From positions 1 through 28,635 of the forward strand of contig CBFGJG010000025.1 in assembly GCA_965649055.1 (NCBI GenBank): a stretch of 28,635 nucleotides of DNA, given 5' to 3'. Shown here one piece after another: positions 4,897 through 14,258 of the stretch. The translations under genes and the position numbers were made by a program. The stretch comes from a candidate division WOR-3 bacterium (GTDB lineage: Bacteria > Hydrothermota > UBA3072 > B12-G15). Numbering within the stretch: the first letter of the stretch is position 1; each line of letters starts with the position of its first letter. The notes beneath the pieces were generated by a model. That model ran no database searches. It saw only the letters and a program-made list of their open reading frames with translations, and was not told where the DNA came from.

Positions 4897-7452
4897 ATGT
4901 ATACAGCACAAAATTTGAGAAATTTGTTTATAAATTTTTTCAAGGAAAAAGACCATATAGTTTACCCTTCTTCTTCTTTGATACCTGAAAGAGACCCTAC
5001 ACTTCTTTTTACTTCAGCTGGAATGGTCCAGTTTAAACCATTCTGGTCAGGTGAAAAAGAGCCGGAATCAGGAAGGGCTACAAGCATCCAGAAATGTTTA
5101 AGGCTTAGTGATATAGATAGTGTTGGAGAGACACCCAAACATGATACATTTTTTGAAATGCTCGGGAATTTTTCTTTCGGTGATTATTTTAAAAAGGAAG
5201 CAATACAATTTGCTTACGAATTTCTTTTTGAAATCCTTAAAATAGATATAGAAAAAGTTGTAATAACAGTGCATCCTGACGATGAAGAAAGTTATAAAAT
5301 ATGGAAGGATATGGGTATTAAAGAAGAAAAGATTTTTAAGTTAAAAGATAACTTCTGGGGTCCAGCAGGAGGAAGCGGCCCTTGTGGTCCCTGCACTGAG
5401 ATACACTATGACCTTGGAGAAGAACTTGGTAATTGTAGTGTAACGGATGAAAACTGTGATAGATTTATCGAACTATGGAACCTTGTTTTTCCACAGTTCA
5501 ATTTCCAGAATAATGAATATCTTCCATTGAAAAATAAAGGTGTTGATACAGGTATGGGGCTTGAAAGACTTGCAATGGTAATGCAGCGAAAGACCAATAT
5601 ATTCCAGACAGACCTTTTTATGCCAATAATAAAAAAGATTCAGGAAATAACCGGAAAGAGTTATGAGGAAAATAAAAAAGAATTTAACATTATAGCAGAC
5701 CACACAAGGGCTTTAACATTTGCAATTTCTGATGGTGCATATCCTTCCAATGAAGGAAGAGGATATGTATTAAGAAGGATTTTAAGGAGAGCGGTAATAA
5801 ATCTTCATAAAATTGGTATTGATGAACCTACATTATATAAGTTAGTCCCAGAAATAGTCAAAATGATGAAAGAACAATATCCAGAGCTTGAAACAAATAT
5901 CAATAAAGTATCGCTAATTATAAAATCAGAAGAAGAAAGATTCCTACAAACACTTGAAAGAGGTTTGAACCTTATAGATGAGTTCACAAATGAATCAAGA
6001 GACAATACAATCTCCGGTGATAAACTTTTCGTTTTATATGACACCTATGGATTTCCACCTGACCTTGTTAAGTTAATCACCAAGGATAAAGAAATCAAGA
6101 TAGATTTTGATGGTTTTGAAAAAGAAATGGAAAAGCAAAGGGAAAAATCAAGAAAATTCTCAACATTTAAGACTCAAGAAAAAGGTGAATGGATAAACTT
6201 AAAAGATGAATCTTCAGAATTTACAGGTTATGAAACTTTTGAAGAAGAAACAGAAATAATTTCTTATAGATACATAAATGACAAAATACAGGTTATATTA
6301 AGAAAAACTCCATTTTATGCTGAAAGTGGCGGACAGATTGGTGATACCGGGATAATCGAAGGAGAAGGTTTTAAAATAATAATTGAAGATACCCAAAAAG
6401 ATGAAAAAGGGAATATACACATAGGTAGATTAGAGGGTGAATTAAAATCATCAGAAGTATATGCTTATGTTGATAAGAAGAGAAGAAGAAATATAATGAA
6501 AAATCATACTTCTACACATATACTTCATAAGGCGTTAAAAATCGTCCTTGGAGAACATATAAAACAGGAGGGTTCCCTTGTTTCATACGACAGGTTGAGA
6601 TTCGATTTCTCTCATCCATCACCACTTAAATCAGATGAGATAAAAAAGATTGAAGATACTGCAAATGAAATAATTCTTGATTGTAGAGAAGTTAAAACAA
6701 GGATGATGCCATTTGATGATGCCCTAAAAGAAGGTGCTGTCGCAATATTCGGTGAAAAATATGGTGATACAGTGAGACTCGTTGAAATTGAAAATTTTTC
6801 TAAAGAATTATGCGGTGGAACCCATGTAAAGAATACATCTGAAATACTTGGTTTCAAGATTATTACTGAAAAAGGTATTGCTGCAGGAATCAGAAGAATA
6901 GAAGCTATAACAGGAGAATGGTTTATAAATTCATATTTTGACAAGAATTCAAAAATTTCTCTTATAGCTGAATTGTTAAAAACAAAAGAAGAAAATCTAA
7001 TAAAAAGGATTAATGACCTGATAAAAGAAAATGAAGAAATGAATAAAAAAATAAGGGATTTTGAAAAGTTATTGATTGAAATAGAATATAAAAAATTTAT
7101 TGAAAGACAGAAAAACTTTGAAAACCTGAAATTTACCGTAGATGAAGTAAATCTTTCAAAGGACGGAATGAGAAAACTTGCTTCGAAATTAACTGAGAAA
7201 AATGATAATTTATTCGGTATAATATTCAAAAAAGAAAATGGAAATGTTTTTGCAGTTAGTTTTTCAGGAAAAGAGGCTTCAAAAAAAATAAAGGCAAATG
7301 AAATAATAATGATAATTTCAAGGTTCATATCCGGCGGAGGCGGTGGTAAAGAAAATATTGCAGAGGGTGGCGGTAAGAATCTGGAAGGTATAAAGATTGT
7401 TATGGAGAGATTCGATGGAATTCTGCAGGAATACCTTAAAGGTAAAAAGTGA
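4897..7452 (+). CDS. alaS: Alanine--tRNA ligase
   Basis: DPTLLFTSAGMVQFKP, TFFEMLGNFSFGDYFK, GPCGPCTEI, DTGMGLERL; editing motifs HTSTH and ELCGGTHV; C-Ala GGGGG. Confidence 0.99.
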   Translation: MYTAQNLRNLFINFFKEKDHIVYPSSSLIPERDPTLLFTSAGMVQFKPFWSGEKEPESGRATSIQKCLRLSDIDSVGETPKHDTFFEMLGNFSFGDYFKKEAIQFAYEFLFEILKIDIEKVVITVHPDDEESYKIWKDMGIKEEKIFKLKDNFWGPAGGSGPCGPCTEIHYDLGEELGNCSVTDENCDRFIELWNLVFPQFNFQNNEYLPLKNKGVDTGMGLERLAMVMQRKTNIFQTDLFMPIIKKIQEITGKSYEENKKEFNIIADHTRALTFAISDGAYPSNEGRGYVLRRILRRAVINLHKIGIDEPTLYKLVPEIVKMMKEQYPELETNINKVSLIIKSEEERFLQTLERGLNLIDEFTNESRDNTISGDKLFVLYDTYGFPPDLVKLITKDKEIKIDFDGFEKEMEKQREKSRKFSTFKTQEKGEWINLKDESSEFTGYETFEEETEIISYRYINDKIQVILRKTPFYAESGGQIGDTGIIEGEGFKIIIEDTQKDEKGNIHIGRLEGELKSSEVYAYVDKKRRRNIMKNHTSTHILHKALKIVLGEHIKQEGSLVSYDRLRFDFSHPSPLKSDEIKKIEDTANEIILDCREVKTRMMPFDDALKEGAVAIFGEKYGDTVRLVEIENFSKELCGGTHVKNTSEILGFKIITEKGIAAGIRRIEAITGEWFINSYFDKNSKISLIAELLKTKEENLIKRINDLIKENEEMNKKIRDFEKLLIEIEYKKFIERQKNFENLKFTVDEVNLSKDGMRKLASKLTEKNDNLFGIIFKKENGNVFAVSFSGKEASKKIKANEIIMIISRFISGGGGGKENIAEGGGKNLEGIKIVMERFDGILQEYLKGKK

Positions 7453-7597
7453 TTGTTCAGAATGTCTTCTTTGCACTTCTATCTGTCCAAACGGAACAAT
7501 TTTATTTAAAGATAGCAAAATTACTTTTTCAAAAGATACATATTTCTGTGGTCTATGCTTAAATATATGTCCGGAGGACGCTATTGAAAAAATATGA
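7415..7597 (+). CDS. Small 4Fe-4S dicluster-type ferredoxin
   Basis: CSECLLCTSICP plus a second motif TYFCGLCLNICPEDAI; GGAGA RBS before ATG 7415; overlaps both alaS and the reductase gene. Confidence 0.75.
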   Translation: MEFCRNTLKVKSDCSECLLCTSICPNGTILFKDSKITFSKDTYFCGLCLNICPEDAIEKI

Positions 7598-8741
7598 TAT
7601 TATAGTAGTTGGAGCAGGTCCTGCAGGTGCTTTCTTTTCAAAGCTAATATCCAATTCAGGTTTTAAGGTTCTTGTTATTGAAAAAAAGAGAAAAATTGGA
7701 GAAAATGTCCACTGTGCTGAAGGTGTTTCAAGGAAATCTATAAATGAAATAATAGATATAAAAAAAGAATGGATATCATCACCTGTAGAAGGTTCTGTTA
7801 TGTCAGGTCCTGATAATACCGAGTTTATAACAGATTATCCAAATGTTGGTTGGATTCTTGATAGAGCAAAAATGGAAGAAGATTTAATGCTTGATGCAAT
7901 TAAAAATGGTGTTGATATAATTACAAAGAAGGAAGTTATTGAGATTTCAGATTATAATAAAGGGAGAGAAGTTACAATCAACACAGGTGAAAAATTTCTA
8001 TGTGAACTTGTTGTTGGTGCCGATGGATTATCATCTTTCACAGGGAGAAGAACAGGTATATTAAACCCTATGAGAATGGACGAATTCCATTCAACATATC
8101 AATATTTTGCCTTTGTAGACAAAAAAGATTCATACGCCGAGATGTATTTTTCTTACATAGATGTTCCAGGTGGATATTTCTGGTGTTTCCCGAAAGGTAA
8201 TGGATTCGCAAATGTTGGCCTTGGTATAGACCCTTCAATGACAAAAGGAAAACCAAAAGATTATCTTGACAAAATCATAAAAAAAAGATTCAGGATATTT
8301 AAACCTGTCTATGGTTTTGGTTCGGGAGTTCCCACAACATTTAACAGCAGGCTTGTGAAAGAAGGTGTTGCACTTATCGGGGATGGTGGTAGATTAACCG
8401 ACCCAATCACTGGTGGGGGTATTGCAAACGCATTAAGAAGTGCAAAAATGCTTGCAGAAACAATTATTAATGGCGATTTGTCACTGAAAACTCTTAAAAA
8501 TTATGAGAACAAGTGGAATAGAACATATGGTAAAAACAATAAATGGGGATGGAGTGCCAAATTGGTTTTTAAAAGTCTCAGAGAGGAAGATATAAAGAAG
8601 ATTGCAGAATTCGGGATAAAGAAATTTCACAACAAAACAATTGACGATATAGACCATTATGATATAATAAAAGGTATAATAAAAGAATACCCTGAGTTCA
8701 TAAAATGGGGTATAAAACTATTAAAAGGGAGATTTGATTGA
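7584..8741 (+). CDS. Geranylgeranyl reductase family flavoprotein (digeranylgeranylglycerophospholipid reductase-like)
   Basis: YDIIVVGAGPAG, HCAEGVS, PGGYFWCFPKG (PxxYxWxFP), ANVGLG and LIGDGGRLTDPITGGGIANA; TTG start. Confidence 0.88.
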   Translation: MKKYDIIVVGAGPAGAFFSKLISNSGFKVLVIEKKRKIGENVHCAEGVSRKSINEIIDIKKEWISSPVEGSVMSGPDNTEFITDYPNVGWILDRAKMEEDLMLDAIKNGVDIITKKEVIEISDYNKGREVTINTGEKFLCELVVGADGLSSFTGRRTGILNPMRMDEFHSTYQYFAFVDKKDSYAEMYFSYIDVPGGYFWCFPKGNGFANVGLGIDPSMTKGKPKDYLDKIIKKRFRIFKPVYGFGSGVPTTFNSRLVKEGVALIGDGGRLTDPITGGGIANALRSAKMLAETIINGDLSLKTLKNYENKWNRTYGKNNKWGWSAKLVFKSLREEDIKKIAEFGIKKFHNKTIDDIDHYDIIKGIIKEYPEFIKWGIKLLKGRFD

Positions 8742-9460
8742 AAGTATATGAAAAAATTTTATATAATGTAAAAAACAAAAAAAAATCAATTGCTGTTCTT
8801 TTAGACCCTGATTCTGAAAATGTTAATAATCTTGGAAAGAAGATAAAAAAAATTAACGAGAGTTCTGTCGACTTTTTATTCGTTGGTGGAAGCACTATCT
8901 TCAATGAAGAGTTTGAAAATTTTTTGAAAAATGTAAAGAAATTATCTTCGAAACCAGTTGTTATTTTTCCAGGTTCATCTCTACAGGTTAGTAAGCACTG
9001 TGATGCTATATTATTTTTATCTCTTATAAGCGGGAGAAATCCGCAATTTCTTATTGGAGAACATGTATCATCCGCAATGAAAATAAAAAAACTTGGTATT
9101 GAATGTATTCCAACAGGGTATATATTGATTGAATCAGGAACCTTTACTTCTGTTGAATTTATGAGTAATACAAGACCAATCCCAAGGGATAAACACGATA
9201 TTGTTATATCACATGCATTAGCAGGAGAATTACTTGGTTTTAAACTGATTTATCTTGATGGTGGTAGTGGTGCTCTGTATTCAATTCCCGAAGAATTGAT
9301 TAGAAAAGTTAAAAAGGAAATAACAATACCTTTAATAATTGGTGGAGGAATAAAGAGTGCCAAAGATATTAGAGAAAAACATAATGCAGGTGCAGATATT
9401 GTTGTTATTGGAAATATAATTGAGAAAGACGAAGGATTTATTGATAAACTTGAAGGTTAA
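8738..9460 (+). CDS. Geranylgeranylglyceryl phosphate synthase (PcrB/GGGPS family, group II type)
   Basis: VLLDPD, FVGGS, PVVIFPG, FLSLISGRNPQFLIG, PTGYILIESG, IYLDGGSGA, LIIGGGI and VVIGN motifs; TTG start overlaps the reductase stop. Confidence 0.93.
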   Translation: MKVYEKILYNVKNKKKSIAVLLDPDSENVNNLGKKIKKINESSVDFLFVGGSTIFNEEFENFLKNVKKLSSKPVVIFPGSSLQVSKHCDAILFLSLISGRNPQFLIGEHVSSAMKIKKLGIECIPTGYILIESGTFTSVEFMSNTRPIPRDKHDIVISHALAGELLGFKLIYLDGGSGALYSIPEELIRKVKKEITIPLIIGGGIKSAKDIREKHNAGADIVVIGNIIEKDEGFIDKLEG

Positions 9461-9461
9461 T

Positions 9462-10220
9462 ATGAAAGGGCTGATACTTGCAGGTGGTCTTGGTAAAAGA
9501 CTATATCCTTTAACAAAAATAACAAATAAGCATCTATTACCTGTTTATGACAGACCTATGATTTATTTTCCACTCCTTACACTCGTAAAAGCAGGGATTA
9601 AAGACATAATGATAATAACAGGTGGTAACAATGCCGGAGATTTTATAAAACTTCTTGGTAATGGTCATTCTTTCGGCTTAAAATACCTACATTATGCTTA
9701 TCAGGAAAAGGAACTTGGAATAGCAAATGCAATTGCTCTTGCTGAAGAATTTATTGGAGAAGACCTTTTCACTGTAATTCTTGGTGATAATATATTTGAA
9801 AATGATATTTCAGGATATGTAAAAGAATTTGAAAAAATAGGTGAAGGTGCAATGATATTATTAAAAAAAGTCCCGAATCCAAAAGAATATGGAATTGCAT
9901 TTATATCAGAAAACAGAATTGTAAAAATTATTGAAAAACCTAAGAATCCAAAATCAAATCTTGCTGTTGTTGGTCTTTATATGTACGATAATACAGTATT
10001 CAAACAGATTAAAAAACTTACTCCTTCAAAAAGGGGTGAGTATGAAATCACAGATATAAATAATTATTATCTAAATAATGGAAGGTTACATTTCAAAATA
10101 CTTGATGGCTGGTGGGGAGATGCGGGTGAAAACATCGATAAATTACTTGAAGTGAACAATTATGTTGCAAATAAATTAAAAAAAGAGAAGACTCACTGGT
10201 GGAATACAAAGATATTTTGA
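9462..10220 (+). CDS. Sugar-1-phosphate nucleotidyltransferase (RmlA/SpsI-like glucose-1-phosphate thymidylyltransferase)
   Basis: GLILAGGLGKRLYPLT, KHLLPVYDRPMI, ILGDNIF, EKPK and PSKRGEYEITD; true start ATG 9462, one base after the GGGPS stop. Confidence 0.92.
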   Translation: MKGLILAGGLGKRLYPLTKITNKHLLPVYDRPMIYFPLLTLVKAGIKDIMIITGGNNAGDFIKLLGNGHSFGLKYLHYAYQEKELGIANAIALAEEFIGEDLFTVILGDNIFENDISGYVKEFEKIGEGAMILLKKVPNPKEYGIAFISENRIVKIIEKPKNPKSNLAVVGLYMYDNTVFKQIKKLTPSKRGEYEITDINNYYLNNGRLHFKILDGWWGDAGENIDKLLEVNNYVANKLKKEKTHWWNTKIF

Positions 10221-10771
10221 ATATTATTCAGGAATACAATAAATTACTTGAAGACCTCAAGATAAATTTTAAAATAATTAAAAAAATTTCAAAAATACTA
10301 ATTAATTCAATAAAAAAACAGGGAAAGATATTGACAATTGGGAATGGCGGAAGTGCTGCCTGTGCACAACATTTTTCCTGTGAACTCGTTGTAAAAATGA
10401 ACAAAGAAAGAAAATCTTTACCTTCAATTGCACTCACAACTGACACATCTATCCTTACAGCTGTATCCAATGACAATTCATTTTCGTATGTTTTTTCAAG
10501 GCAAATTGAAGCCATAGGTAAAAAAGATGATGTGCTTTTAATTTTCTCAACGAGTGGTAAATCTGTAAATCTGATCAATGCTGCTATAACAGCAAAGAAG
10601 AAAGGATTAAAAGTAGTTTCAATTTTAGGTAAAGACGGTGGAAATGTAAAAGAACTTTCAGATTTATTCTATATTGTTCCATCAATGAATACACAGAGGA
10701 TCCAGGAAATACACAATATTTTAATTCATATAATTGTTGAATTGATAGAAGATGATTTCATTAAGTCTTAA
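10199..10771 (+). CDS. gmhA: Phosphoheptose (sedoheptulose-7-phosphate) isomerase, SIS domain
   Basis: GNGGSAACAQH, VFSRQIEA, STSGKSVN and RIQEIH motifs. Confidence 0.9.
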   Translation: MEYKDILNIIQEYNKLLEDLKINFKIIKKISKILINSIKKQGKILTIGNGGSAACAQHFSCELVVKMNKERKSLPSIALTTDTSILTAVSNDNSFSYVFSRQIEAIGKKDDVLLIFSTSGKSVNLINAAITAKKKGLKVVSILGKDGGNVKELSDLFYIVPSMNTQRIQEIHNILIHIIVELIEDDFIKS

Positions 10772-11681
10772 ATCTTATGCTAAAGTAAATCTATTCCTTG
10801 ATATTACAGGAAAAAGAAAAGATGGCTATCATAATCTATCAACTATTTTTCAGATGGTTTCTCTTTATGATATTATAAAACTGAAACTAATTGATGAAGA
10901 AGTCATAAGGATAAAAACCAATAATAAAAATATACCTGAGGACGAAAATAACCTCGCATATAAGGCTGCCATGCTTTTCTTTAAAACTACAGGTATAAAA
11001 AAAGGATTAGAAATAGAAATAAAAAAAAATATACCTACAGGTGCCGGTCTCGGTGGTGGAAGTTCAAATGCTTCTGTTACTTTGCTCGGATTAAATAAGA
11101 TGTTCAATTATCCTATTGATTTTAAAAAAATAAAAAAATTATCAGAAAAAATAGGCTCGGATTGTCCCTTTTTCCTTGTTGGTGGAACAATATATGCAAC
11201 CGGAAAAGGTAATATATTAAAAGAATCTTTCAAAACTCCTAAATTTACTATTCTTATATTTTATCCTAATTTTGAGGTAAAAACAGAATTTGCATATAAA
11301 AATTTTTTAATCGATAAAGATTTAAATAACTTGACAAAAAAAAATATTAATGTATCTTGTATAATAAATGCCTTAAGAAATAACAGGGAAACAGAGATTG
11401 GAAAACTTCTTTATAATATTTTTGAAGATGGTTATTTTAAAATATATAAAGATGTTTTTCAATTTTATAGTTTCCTTAAAAATGGAAGGTGTTTAGGCGT
11501 GGGACTTGCTGGAAGTGGTTCAAGTTTGTATGCGATTTACAAGAAGAAGGAAGATTGCATTTCCGATTTTGAGTATCTTAAAAATTTTGGAAATGTATGG
11601 ATGTGTAGGACTATTTCTTCCAGCGAATATTTAAAAACTTTCAAACTATTGGAGGATGAATTATGCAGATTACTGAAGTAA
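10752..11681 (+). CDS. ispE: 4-diphosphocytidyl-2-C-methyl-D-erythritol kinase
   Basis: AKVNLFL...[35 protein letters not shown]. Confidence 0.96.
   Translation: MISLSLKSYAKVNLFLDITGKRKDGYHNLSTIFQMVSLYDIIKLKLIDEEVIRIKTNNKNIPEDENNLAYKAAMLFFKTTGIKKGLEIEIKKNIPTGAGLGGGSSNASVTLLGLNKMFNYPIDFKKIKKLSEKIGSDCPFFLVGGTIYATGKGNILKESFKTPKFTILIFYPNFEVKTEFAYKNFLIDKDLNNLTKKNINVSCIINALRNNRETEIGKLLYNIFEDGYFKIYKDVFQFYSFLKNGRCLGVGLAGSGSSLYAIYKKKEDCISDFEYLKNFGNVWMCRTISSSEYLKTFKLLEDELCRLLK
11331..11358 (+). promoter_or_regulatory. Possible internal promoter inside ispE for spoVG/tRNA-Gln/prs
   Basis: TTGACA 11331-11336, 16 nt, TATCTT 11353-11358. Confidence 0.4.
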
Positions 11682-11959
11682 AAGTTATGTTGAGAAACGA
11701 ACCAAAATTGAAAGGCTTTGCTAATGTAACTTTTGACAATGAGTTTGTGGTGAGAGGTATCAAGATTATTGAGGGACAGAAGGGACTTTTTATTTCAATG
11801 CCTTCAAGAAGAAACAGAAACGGGCAACACAGGGATATAGCTCATCCTATTAATAACGAGACAAGAGAGAAAATACAAAATGCTATAATTGAAGAATACA
11901 AAAAAGTTTCTTCGAGGGTTAATTCCAATATTGAAAATAAGAAAAAGGAAGGTGAATAA
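11663..11959 (+). CDS. spoVG: SpoVG-family nucleic-acid-binding regulator
   Basis: [31 protein letters not shown] and DIAHPIN; GGAGG RBS. Confidence 0.96.
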   Translation: MQITEVKVMLRNEPKLKGFANVTFDNEFVVRGIKIIEGQKGLFISMPSRRNRNGQHRDIAHPINNETREKIQNAIIEEYKKVSSRVNSNIENKKKEGE

Positions 11960-11967
11960 ACAATTAT

Positions 11968-12040
11968 TGGGGTGTCGCCAAGCTGGCAAGGCACGGGATT
12001 TTGGATCCCGCATTCGGAGGTTCGAATCCTCCCACCCCAG
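11968..12040 (+). tRNA. tRNA-Gln(UUG)
   Basis: Acceptor stem TGGGGTG/CACCCCA; anticodon arm CGGGA-TTTTGGA-TCCCG with TTG at 12001-12003; T arm GGAGG-TTCGAAT-CCTCC; CCA not encoded. Confidence 0.97.
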
Positions 12041-12055
12041 AAAAGGTGAGAAGAT

Positions 12056-12994
12056 ATGAATGAATTAAAGGTTTTCAGTGGAAATTCAAATAAGGCACTT
12101 GCAGAGAAGATTTGCGATTATATAGGTATTCAACCGGGCGAGATATTCGTCAGTAGATTTATGGATGGAGAAATCTGTGTAAAAATTCTCGAAAATGTCA
12201 GAGGAAAAGATGTTTTTGTAATCCAGTCCACATATCCACCTGCTGAGAATCTACTTGAACTTCTAATTATGCTTGATGCTTTAAAGAGGGCTTCAGCAAA
12301 AAGAATTACAGTTGTTATGCCATATTATGGATATGCAAGGCAGGATAAAAAAGATGAACCAAGAACACCTATAACTGCAAAGCTTGTAGCTGATCTCATA
12401 AGCACTGCCGGGGCAGATAGAATTCTATCTATAGACTTACACGCTGAACAGATACAGGGATTCTTTAACCTTCCTTTTGACCATCTCTATGCCGCCCCTG
12501 TTATTATAGAACATATACTTTCTCAGAATTTTAATCCCTCTGAACTTGTTATTGTCTCACCAGATCCGGGAAGGGCAAAGAGGGCAAGAGGCATTGCAAA
12601 GAGGATAGGTAATTTACCAATAGCAATAGTTGATAAAAGAAGGCCATCACCCAACCAATCAGAGGTGATGAATATCGTCGGTGAAGTTAAGGATAAAATT
12701 GTTATTTTAATAGACGATATCATCGATACTGGCGGAACTATTACAGGAGCAGCAAAAGCTCTTGTAGAACAGGGTGCCAAGAAAGTGTATTCATATGTAA
12801 CACACCCGTTGCTTTCAGGAGACTGCTTGAAGAAAATTGAAGAATCACCTATTGAAAAAATGATTGTTACAGATACTATACCGCTAAAAAATAAGTCTTC
12901 TGATAAGATTGAAGTCATATCCGTTTCAAGACTTCTCGGTGAAGCAATTATAAGGATACATAAAGAAAAATCTGTGAGTAATTTATTTATTTAG
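12056..12994 (+). CDS. prs: Ribose-phosphate pyrophosphokinase
   Basis: VRGKDVF, PYYGYARQD, DLHAEQIQGFF and IDDIIDTGGT motifs. Confidence 0.99.
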   Translation: MNELKVFSGNSNKALAEKICDYIGIQPGEIFVSRFMDGEICVKILENVRGKDVFVIQSTYPPAENLLELLIMLDALKRASAKRITVVMPYYGYARQDKKDEPRTPITAKLVADLISTAGADRILSIDLHAEQIQGFFNLPFDHLYAAPVIIEHILSQNFNPSELVIVSPDPGRAKRARGIAKRIGNLPIAIVDKRRPSPNQSEVMNIVGEVKDKIVILIDDIIDTGGTITGAAKALVEQGAKKVYSYVTHPLLSGDCLKKIEESPIEKMIVTDTIPLKNKSSDKIEVISVSRLLGEAIIRIHKEKSVSNLFI

Positions 12995-13003
12995 GAGGTA
13001 TCT

Positions 13004-13690
13004 ATGTTGAAGATTGAAGCGTATGAAAGAAAAGAGTTAGGAAAGTCTGGAGTTAAAAAACTTAGAAAAGACGGCTATATTCCAGCAGTAGCGTATGGAC
13101 ATAATGAGAAAACCATCCATTTAAAAATTAAATATCAGGACTTAAAACAACTGATACACGACCTTCCTTCTGAATCTGCGACAGTTGAACTTTCAATCGG
13201 TGATAAGAAATTTACAACAATTATAAAACAACTCACAAGAGATTTCAGAACCCATGACTTTCATCATGTCGATTTCCAGATATTACACAAGGATGAGAAA
13301 GTAAAGGTAAAAGTTCCAATAGAACTTACAGGCGAATGCCAGGGTGTTAAAGAAGGTGGTGTTATTGATTTCGTAGTAAGGGATGTAGAAATAATTTCAT
13401 TACCTGCCAATATACCCGAAAAGATTGTTATTGATATAACGAATCTTAAGATAGGGCACTCTGTCCATGTGGGTCAGATAAATACAGAAGATAAATACAA
13501 AATTCTATTACCACCTGATACTCCTATTGTTTCAATAGTTGTTCCTAAGAAGATAGAAGCTGCTGCACCAACAGAAGCTGTAGTGGCTGAAGAACCAAAA
13601 GAACCTGAACTTATATCTAAGAAGAAAGAAGAAAAAGAAGAAGTTGAAGAAGAAACCAAAGAAGAAAAGAAGGAAGAAAAGAAAAAATAA
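13004..13690 (+). CDS. rplY: 50S ribosomal protein L25 / Ctc (long form)
   Basis: LRKDGYIPAVAYG, HVDF and GVKEGG; acidic/basic tail. Confidence 0.96.
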   Translation: MLKIEAYERKELGKSGVKKLRKDGYIPAVAYGHNEKTIHLKIKYQDLKQLIHDLPSESATVELSIGDKKFTTIIKQLTRDFRTHDFHHVDFQILHKDEKVKVKVPIELTGECQGVKEGGVIDFVVRDVEIISLPANIPEKIVIDITNLKIGHSVHVGQINTEDKYKILLPPDTPIVSIVVPKKIEAAAPTEAVVAEEPKEPELISKKKEEKEEVEEETKEEKKEEKKK

Positions 13691-13691
13691 A

Positions 13692-14258
13692 ATGACAAAA
13701 AAACTTATTGCAGGACTTGGAAATCCGGGGAAAGAGTACAGGAATACAAGACACAATGCAGGATTCATGTTTATAGATAAAATGGCTGAAAGCTTCAAAT
13801 TATATTTTAAACCAGGAAAAGGTGATTATCTTGAGACAAAAAAAGACGATGTTTTCTTTATAAAACCTATGACTTATATGAACAATTCAGGTATGGCAAT
13901 CTTACAATTTTTACAGGAAAATCCTACAATAAGTATTGAAAATATTCTTGTCGCTTATGACGATATGGATCTTCCTTTCGGTTTTATAAGGATTCGTAAA
14001 GATGGTTCAAGTGGTGGGCATAAAGGTATAGAATCCATTATATATCATCTTCAATCAAAAGACTTTTGTAGATTAAGAATAGGAATAGGTAAAGAAGGAG
14101 ATGGGATTGATTGGGTTCTATCAGATTTTACCAGAGAGGAAATGGAAAAATTACCTGAAATACTGGATATGTCAATTGAAGCTGCTATAACCTGGATTGA
14201 AGATGGAATTGACAAGGCAATGAATAGATTCAACAAAAAGGTTAAGGAGGTTTCATGA
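13692..14258 (+). CDS. pth: Peptidyl-tRNA hydrolase
   Basis: GLGNPGKEYRNTRHNAGF, KPMTYMNNSG, GGHKG and RLRIGIG; start revised to ATG 13692. Confidence 0.97.
   Translation: MTKKLIAGLGNPGKEYRNTRHNAGFMFIDKMAESFKLYFKPGKGDYLETKKDDVFFIKPMTYMNNSGMAILQFLQENPTISIENILVAYDDMDLPFGFIRIRKDGSSGGHKGIESIIYHLQSKDFCRLRIGIGKEGDGIDWVLSDFTREEMEKLPEILDMSIEAAITWIEDGIDKAMNRFNKKVKEVS

Noticed and set aside
6612..7328. 238-aa antisense ORF inside alaS, plus other shadow ORFs such as 20442-20993, 12523-12918 and 23960-24361
   Set aside because: In-register antisense shadows of well-supported genes, with S/F/I-rich composition mirroring the K/E-rich sense strand
11663..11959. spoVG (and the SpsI-like transferase) as evidence of sporulation
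   Set aside because: SpoVG occurs in this gene order in many non-sporulating bacteria, and no other sporulation genes are in the window
11968..12040. tRNA-Gln as an integration site
   Set aside because: No integrase, no duplicated tRNA 3' end seen, and the flanking synteny is intact
13590..13690. GAA/AAA-rich repetitive stretch
   Set aside because: It encodes the ordinary Glu/Lys tail of L25/Ctc; the 13644 start for pth is an artefact of this stretch
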